Positions 55,947 through 64,000 of a stretch of 64,000 bases of DNA are shown here, piece after piece (position 1 is the stretch's first letter; each line of letters begins with the position of its first letter). The DNA lies in contig OZ316894.1 in the NCBI GenBank assembly GCA_973895155.1, positions 10,216,379 to 10,280,378 of the forward strand. Reading direction: 5' to 3'. A program made the translations under genes and the position numbers. This stretch comes from Marsupella aquatica. Its lineage: Eukaryota > Plantae > Marchantiophyta. Below the pieces are notes generated by a model. It ran no database searches. It saw nothing but the letters and a program-made list of their open reading frames with translations, and had not been told where the DNA came from.

Positions 55947-58251
55947 CTAACCACAACATATATCCAAAAATAACCTAACGGAAATGACACTTTTGTAATC
56001 ACAACATGAATGCATACTGTCATATAATTGCGACCGGACATTTACCTCCATTGTACACAACATGTCCAACATTACCTTCATTGTACATTGACATGCATGT
56101 CCCTTCCAGGCCCGCCCTTATATAGTTTGGCCAGGCAGTCATTTAAGTTATGCTGATTCTTCAATCAAGCTCAAATGATCTGAAGCAAATGCTGCTTCTT
56201 AAATGAATGTTGAGACTGGCCTATTTAGGGGAAGATTTCTTTTCATTTCATACTTGTTCTTGAATTGTTTCTATATATTCACACGCCAAGGCTCTTGAGC
56301 TATGTAGCAGTTCATACACATAGTTAAAAAGTGATTCAAGTAGAGGCTCTTGCCAGATTTCTGCATCCCTTTGGTTTTGAGTTCACACATTATTTCTATT
56401 ATGTTTTTTAATTGGAGAAAGATGCTGTTGAGCAATGATCATTACTCAAAGAACATGAACATGTGCAACATCCAATTCAATGAAGACTCAGGTAGTAGAC
56501 ACTTAAGAAACGGGGTCACCTCACCAGAAGCCTATTGAGCAGAGCTTACTGTCTTCCCTATTGAGCAGAGCTTACTGTCTTGCATACCTGTCCAACAGTG
56601 TGGCAATTCATTGTGTATAGCACAACTTCAGTAGTTTAAGGTAGAGGGTCACACACCACAAGTTGTGCTTTTCTACACCAGAATGGAGCCTGTGATTCTT
56701 GACATTGAGTTTGCCAAAACTTAAAATTTGGACTACTTCTTTCAAAGCTCTAGAAATAGACTTGGCACATGAGGCCTGCAAGGGGTTCCATTGAAGAAGT
56801 ATGGGCTATGGGTTAAAAACTTGGGCTATATATGGGCTAAAAAAACTTAGGAAAACACATCTAACTAAATTATCGTGATGCAAAGCTAGTAGTCTTGGAG
56901 AAAGAACTGCCCAATTGCCCATGCAGAGAACCCTCCTCCCACATGGAAAGTTTGTTTCTATTTTAGTGCCACATGTATTGGTGGTAGGAGCTCTCACTGT
57001 CGTTACAAAGTTGGGGAAGCTGCATCTAATAATCTTCAAAACAACACTTGAGAGACTTGTGCTATTATGGGGGAGGAGGGGACTCTTCCATTTATTCCTT
57101 TTATCCCATGCTTTCAATTTCTCGTCATCTGCATCATTTGATAACCCTAGCTTGATTTCAGCTTGCAACGGGCCTTGCAACCATCTCCACCACTCAGTCA
57201 ACGAGTGAATATGGATTTTGTGCAATGCTCTACACAAGGACACAACTTTTCACGAGGGCAGAATTGTCCACGCTTCTCATAGCAACACACTTCTGGTGCC
57301 AACAACATTTTATTTCACAACAGGAACCTGACCACTGACAATGACAACACTGCCACAACTGGCAAACTCTCAGGCATTGACCTAGTATTCACATAACAAT
57401 CCCTACTTGTTGTTAATTATTACTTTCACCCAAAGGCTAGGTATGCCCGGTGATTGTCCAATCCTTAACACTAATACATCCTATCAAAAACTTTCCTGTG
57501 GAAAGAATTTTTTATTCATGTGGTGTAGATGTAAAAATTGTACTTTTAATTGGCTAGATGACAAAATACTAAACAATTTGCAGGATTCATGAACATGCTA
57601 GAAGCCAAAGACTACTAGCCCTAGAAGGGTATAAGCAGTTCCGTGATCATTCTACTGTTTGATGTTGGTATATTCAGAATCTGCGTAACTAATAGTGAAA
57701 ATAAGCTAGATTTGGTGTCTAGGCTTCAAGATCGAGTGGAGCCTCTAGAATGTCTGAATGTGAGTCTATATAGGGCCCCACCAAAATTTTGTGGATGGAA
57801 AGAAGGATGAGATATTATGCATGTCAAAAATGATGATCATGCATGATAATTGTTGTCATCATTTCTATTAATATTCAAAGAATGAGCATCCAGGCTTGTA
57901 AGTATATATTCGCAATCAAAAGCTATTCACTGTCCGGTCGTCTATCTAGAGTAAAGCTTCTAGACCACCATTCTATTTAAGGACATATTTGGGCATCTCA
58001 AAACTGGTTAATTAGTGAAAGTTACGGATTTGTGATATATTCCATAACTCAAGTTATGGGACCCAGTTATAGAATTTAAAACATGAGGGGAGGTAAAATT
58101 GACCCGCCCCATAAGGCAGGAGTTACGGCCTCACCTGTCTCATAGCATATATTATTTTTTCCTCAATGCTTGATCAGCCACCGCCTCAAATGCGCCCAGC
58201 AGCAATCACCACGTCAGGAGCGGGGTCAGGAGCAATTCCCTTGTCTTCAGT

Positions 58252-58392
58252 CATGGCTTTCCGGGGTCCTGGATTTCCGGATTTCCGGGTTTCTGCCTAA
58301 AGTTGCGGGAAAGTTAGGGGTTAAGTATTGAGCCTGCGAGCTTTCCTTACGGTAGCCAAAGATCGGCTCCCATAACTTTTATGGGAGTTCCC
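58252..58392. repeat. Dispersed repeat homologous to positions 1-140
   Basis: Same ordered blocks as the window start. Confidence 0.65.
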
Positions 58393-60383
58393 ATAATACT
58401 TGAGAGTTACATAACAGTTTACAATTTGTTTACTGTTTTGATTTGTAAAGTGTTCTGATCACATCTTGGAGACATAAAACAAATTGTAAACTGCTATAAT
58501 TGTACACTTGAGTAATTCTTTACTATCTCCCATTCATCCTTGCCTCCATCCCTCCTTTTTGCATATGCACCCTCACTTTCAGTTGTGCTCTTAGAGTCAC
58601 TCATCCTTGGTTATGTCTCCACCCTCACTTTCAGTTAATATAGAGGGCGTCTCAAAGCTGGTTTTACAAGATGTTGGTCACAGTTTACAATTTGTTTCTG
58701 TCTCCAAGATGTGATCAAGGTCACATTGGGGAGAAATTGCTGTTCTTCAGTTTTGGTGGCACTTTGAACCTAACCTAGTGCCCATCCTACATGGAATGGA
58801 GCAGGGCTCAATTTTTGCTTACATGGCTCAATTTGGTCCCAAATTTTAGACCAGGTCTCTTGGAGGTCTATTCTTCTAGTCCCTTGGTCCATTCCTATTT
58901 TGAATCATTTACATTAAATGTGGGCCCACAAGTCCTTCATTCTCAACTCTTGTCAGAGCTAGAAGGACTCTAGCCAAAGAATAGGGTGATAGTGGGGTGG
59001 AGTGGGTCCCCAACCTGTCTTTTAGCAATTTACTCTGACTAGCACCAGTTGCTCCACTAGTCCACTTAGCTTTAGAAGACCTTGGTGGCCATAAAATGAT
59101 TCCAAAACCTATTTTAGCCCCAATACACTATATTTAGTGTGCAAAATTGACACTCCAGTTTGCTTTGGTGAAACAAGCTCGCAAGTGCCCTCATAGTGCC
59201 CCCACCTTCTTGCAAAGCCACCCTTACAACTGGGCTTCTTCTCCTGGGTCCTTGGGGCTTTTGGGCTCCTTGGTGGCCTCCCCTTTGATTCGGTCTTTCA
59301 CATGTGGTGGGATAGTCTCTCCAAGTTTTTGTTTTCTTGCAGTCATATAATTGGTACAGCGGCTCCAAGCTCTAAAGTACAACGACTGGGTTTGCAAGCA
59401 TCGTAATTATCACCGTGAGATCTAATTATGCCGGCCCTGAATGAGACAACCCAAGTCAGGTCAACATTGCCATTTCACATAACCCGTCGATCAACCCAAC
59501 AATTTTGTTTCTACGTGCTTTTCTGATATAAATACAGCAAACTAGCACGCAATCCTTTCAAGCCATTTTCCAACATGCCAAAATATACATGAAGTGCTCT
59601 TCACACTTCACCTGACACAGGCGGAGAGTACTTTGAAGGCCTGCATCATGATTCTATTTTCGACCAGAATTTTCTATTCTGCCCTCAACCGTGCGACTTG
59701 TGCAAAGGAAATTTGGCCGATATGAAAAGCAATTTATCGAGCGTCTGTTTGATTTATGGGAGCTTTGGTTTCGGATAGCAAGCAAAGAAATTTTAAAAAA
59801 CTGTGAAGCCAAAAAATCCGATCGATCTCAACTTTGTAAAGGATTTCACGTCTTCCCGTTGAGCACTGATCGAGTTGCGCTTCATTGGGAGCACCGTCTG
59901 GAATTTGTTATAGCCCAATGAATGATGTGGAAGCTTGGAAAGCCGCCATGATTGGGTTTCTTGTATTGCTGTCTGAGATAAGACGCGCAGATAATTAAAA
60001 GCAGCGCCAAATGGATCAGACAGTAACGTGTGCGAATGATCCTTCTTGTTTATGTCGTCCCATGATCAGCTTTCCAGACGCAATATAAACCATAGAACAA
60101 CGAATCCTGAAAACTGTCAGTATCTGCATGCGCAATTCCGTTTATAAATCTTGGAGTGTCTCATAGCGTTGGTCCTGGTGATATTAGTCGACTCCATGCT
60201 AGCTAGCTGGCTGGTGGCTCGCGAGTCCGGACCTGAGCTATCTAGCTGCTCCAGCAGTGATGATGACGCTCTACTTCATTGATTTGGAATGTGAGCTCAA
60301 TTGATCTTAACATTCTGAATATAATCCAACCTAGAACGTGAGATTGAGAGAGAGACGGAGGAGACCTGAGTAATTGGGTCAAA

Positions 60384-63300
60384 ATGTCGGGCCTGGGTGT
60401 TCTCAATGGACCCCTTCTTGGGCAATTTGCCGCTTCCATAACTCCCATATACGTGGGTTTCTTTATAGGATTGGGCTTCTGCTTCATGGACATCTTGAAG
60501 CTGGATTTCACCCCAGCAATCAGTGTCATTATTCAGTATGTTTGTCTACCGGCACTCCTGTTCCTCAGGATCGCTACCAACAAAGTGGGAGACCTCGATC
60601 TCAAACTCCTGGGCGCGGATGCACTCTCGAAGTTTGTTCCTCTCGCGGTCCTGCTGATATGGTGGCGCTTCTTCTCCAAGCTCGGGAGGATCCAGAGCCT
60701 TGAATGGGTGGTTACGTTCTGGATGCTTGCCACGCTTCCTAACACGGTTCTGATCGGGGATCAGATCCTGACGCCCATGTTTAAGGATGGGGTAAAGTTG
60801 TCAATCCAGAGTGAGACCACAACTATCATTTTTGCGCAGAGTTTGTACTGGTACAACACAGTCATTCTCCTGTATGAGATCCGTGAAATGTTCATTGAAG
60901 ACGACCTGGCTATGAATCCCCCGCCGCCGATTGAGTTCCACCCGGGCGTGGTTCCCGGTACGTACCAACTTAGAATTATGGGATCCATATTTCGAGTACA
61001 ATCGAATGTTTTGTTGATTTGCAATGCTAAGAAACTAAGATTCTTCAACTCGAAATTCCTCATGTACGTACATAATCGCATTATATGAGGACCCGTAAAG
61101 CAGGTTACAAGTGATGATCCACAAATGGACTTCAATTTCAAAATGTCGGCTGGACCGCAGGAACTTTGGTACTTGAGTAAGATCCGAGTAAATGGGGTTC
61201 GCCAGAGTCGGGCTTCGGGATTGGTTTTGGGGACTAAATTGAGTTCGCCAGAGTTGGGCTTCGGGATTGGTTTTGGGGACTAACAAATTCAGAGACAAAA
61301 TCGACGAAATTGGAAGAGCGCCTAGAGTAGGATGGGAAAACACGAAAAGTTAATATTTCGTCGACATCTAATATTTCTACCCTGGCTAGCATTGACATCG
61401 ATCACTGTTGCTCACAAGAGCCTGCAATGACTATATCGACGTCATGTTACAGTGATGATATTTTGCAAATCATCATGTGAGGAGCATTAGTTTGTATCCG
61501 ATCTCAGTTATGAAGTCTTAATGACTGTCCTTCGAACTAAAAATTGAATTAACAGTGGCCACAAATCTGTCGTTGATGATCAGAGAGTTTCGATGCGTAG
61601 TACTTCGCGGTTCGAACTCTCGCACGACCACTGCTTGTGACTTGTATATTAGACCTGTTCAAGTAAAATTTCCTGACTTGTTTCGTCTTTGTATATGCTC
61701 AATCACACAACAGACGACAGAAGCTTTGCAGAAATGACGGACAAACAGAAAAGCGGCACGAGTTGGGACGGTAGGAACTCGCCCTATGAGCCACATGGCG
61801 GTTCGGCTTGGGAGCCAAACAGGCCGGGCCTGAGTTGGGAGCAGCAAAGGATCAACGCCGAAAGTGCTCGGCCTAGCTGGGAGATTGGTAGGCCAAGCTG
61901 GTCCAGAGCACCTGTTGATCAAGATCTCAATGACTACTCAATCGGCTCCTTCACTCCACACTCCATGACCCCGATGTCGATGTACACTCCGAGTCGGATC
62001 ATGACTCCGGGTCCTTTCATGACACCGAGCGGCATGACCCCGAACTATCGCTTCACTCCGAGCCGAATCATTGGCTTGGATGGAGATTACTCGAGGAGCG
62101 GCACCACGCCCGGCCGCGCCTATTTGGACAATGTTCACTCGAGTAGCGCTATGAACACCCCGAGCAAGACTTTAGATCATGAGCAGTCCGGCATCAGCAT
62201 AGAGGCACCACAATTCGACCCGGTGAAAGGTCCAGTCCATGATAGGCAGCCTTGGCCTGCTCAGGTCGCACACCACGCTTCCCCAGGCATCGAAAGCAAC
62301 AGGATTAAAGCGGCGCCGGTCTTCGATAACATGTTCGGGCGGGTGGGAAATATGCTGTTTAGAGTGACGAAACGCATGTTGCAAGTGCTGTTTAGAGTGA
62401 CGAAACGCATGTTGCAAGTGCTGTTTAGAGTGACGAAACGCATGTTGCAAGTACCTCTTCTCTACGGCAGTGCTTTGGGCTTCATCTGGTCAATCAACAA
62501 ATGGCCAGTGCCAAACTTCCTGAAGGGCTCGGCAAAACTGTGCGCAGACCCCACAGTTGCATTGGCGATGATTCTCATAGGTGAGTACGTCTGTGCCAAT
62601 TATAGTCTGATCAATTGTTTTTTGGTTTGCTTGTAACAAAATGTACTGCATGAATACACTGTAACTGGAGCTTGCACTCCAGCTAGGTAATAGAGGAAAA
62701 CCTCGACGTCTTTGCTATCATCCAATGTAATCCCGTCTGGCGAGTTCATTTCCTCTGGACTCTAAACATAGCTTCGGCATGGTCATCGTGTTAAAACTTA
62801 GACATTTGGAACCTTTGATAAAAATATCTCAACGTCGGCATTGGTGCTTGGAATTCTAACCCTGACTGAGTTCTGAATTCCTCTGAACAGGAATGGTAGC
62901 TTATAAGTTTTACAAGGGAGAGAGAGGCTTTGTACCGTGCGGCCAGAAGCTGCTTTGGGCTGGGTTCGCTCTCCGGTTTCTGTTCGCACCAATAGTCATG
63001 TACGTGTGCTCCTTGGCGTTCAACATCAAAGGCACACTTCTTGACTACGCAATCCTCCAGGTAATTATCGTGCACTATCCTCAGGGTCGGATGGCCTTAT
63101 CAAATTTGGGCCTTGATAGAGATTCTTAGCAAAGACGTCTTTCATTGACTACTTTCCAGAAGGACATAAATCAGTGTCCACGACATTGGGTAGTTACAAT
63201 TATTCATGTTTCAGATTTAGTGGACAAGATTTGGCCAAAATGCACGCCAGGTCTAAATATACGTTTAGACCTGAAAACTGGCCCTTAGTTTGTGAATGTC

Positions 63301-63940
63301 CCAGGCCTGAAAGGTGCCTGTGAATCCGACATGTTTGATACTATCTTCTAAGGTAGCGAACTAACGGTACAACTGTACATTATTGTGAACAGGTGATTGT
63401 ACCGCAGGGTTCGATGACTTTCGCTCTTGCTCAGATATACGGCTGCAAACTTGAAGTCATCACCCCAGCGTAAGCAAAGCTATTCTCCCAACAGCACTTG
63501 TTCGATGTTCATCGAAGGCAGCCGTTTAGTAATTATTTCTTTCTGTCTCTTCCCATGGACTTAAGATTTACTCGCTTATTCTCTTCATTTCTTTGTATTG
63601 TCAATTCGTTGTAATACTCTTTTGTCAGGTAGCTACATGTAGCCTTTGCTGAATGGGGCCATGTTACCCATCATTGAATCCAATCAATCCAGACCATGCA
63701 TTGCAGAAGATCATGAACATCTTCATAGCAGCTAGCGAGATGTCACAGAACTTGGTGATTCGATACTTAGATTAATCTGGCCTTGAACAACTGTACAGCT
63801 GCCACAAGTTTTACTCATCCTGCGTCCAGGTTACTCACAGAATATGATTGATGACACTGTTTTGCAGCATTTACATTCAAATGATTGTTTTCGTACCCTT
63901 CATATTGGCTTACTTCGCGGTTCTTGGGCACCTTAATTGA
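60384..63940 (+). CDS. PIN: Non-canonical PIN-FORMED-like auxin efflux carrier family protein
   Basis: Exons 60384-60957, 61714-62580, 62891-63060, 63393-63469, 63868-63940, phase-consistent and with PIN-like 3' intron positions. Motifs LPALLF.RIATN, LLGADALSK, ATLPNTVLIG, AQSLYWY...LLYEIR, LRFLFAP, ILQ-VIVPQG; long hydrophilic loop. Confidence 0.9.
61197..61283. repeat. Tandem duplication (~46-bp period) in PIN intron 1
   Basis: gttcgccagagt.gggcttcgggattggttttggggactaa x2. Confidence 0.8.
62354..62452 (+). repeat. Perfect 33-bp x3 in-frame coding repeat in PIN exon 2 (LFRVTKRMLQV x3)
   Basis: gctgtttagagtgacgaaacgcatgttgcaagt at 62354, 62387 and 62420. Confidence 0.95.
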
Positions 63941-64000
63941 CGGGGCTGCAAATCTACGTACGTGATGTGCCAATCGCAGTAAAAGGGATCCCCCCGGGGA

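Overview
Intron-rich land-plant nuclear DNA, most likely a bryophyte such as a liverwort (inferred from the divergent non-canonical PIN and the overall gene style). I reconstructed six spliced host genes by hand from GT-AG junctions with matching phases: a copper chaperone for SOD (CCS, +), a FLOE1-family/DUF1421 prion-like protein (-), a cytoplasmic RLK/Pelle kinase (+), a SEC14/CRAL-TRIO protein (-), cytosolic NAD-malate dehydrogenase (+) and a non-canonical PIN-like transporter (+). Transposons lie between them: a complete PIF/Harbinger-type element, a 5'-truncated LINE, a Mutator-like MITE carrying a nested 3.8-kb TG..CA element, a copia-type solo LTR, Helitron-like ends and a recurring TIR family. 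The most striking observation is that the first coding exon of the kinase gene encodes what looks like a Ty3/gypsy Gag capsid N-terminal lobe. It is spliced in frame to an intact RD kinase with no LTR or pol context, which suggests a domesticated capsid-kinase fusion. All domain calls come from motif recognition by eye; no database searches were run.
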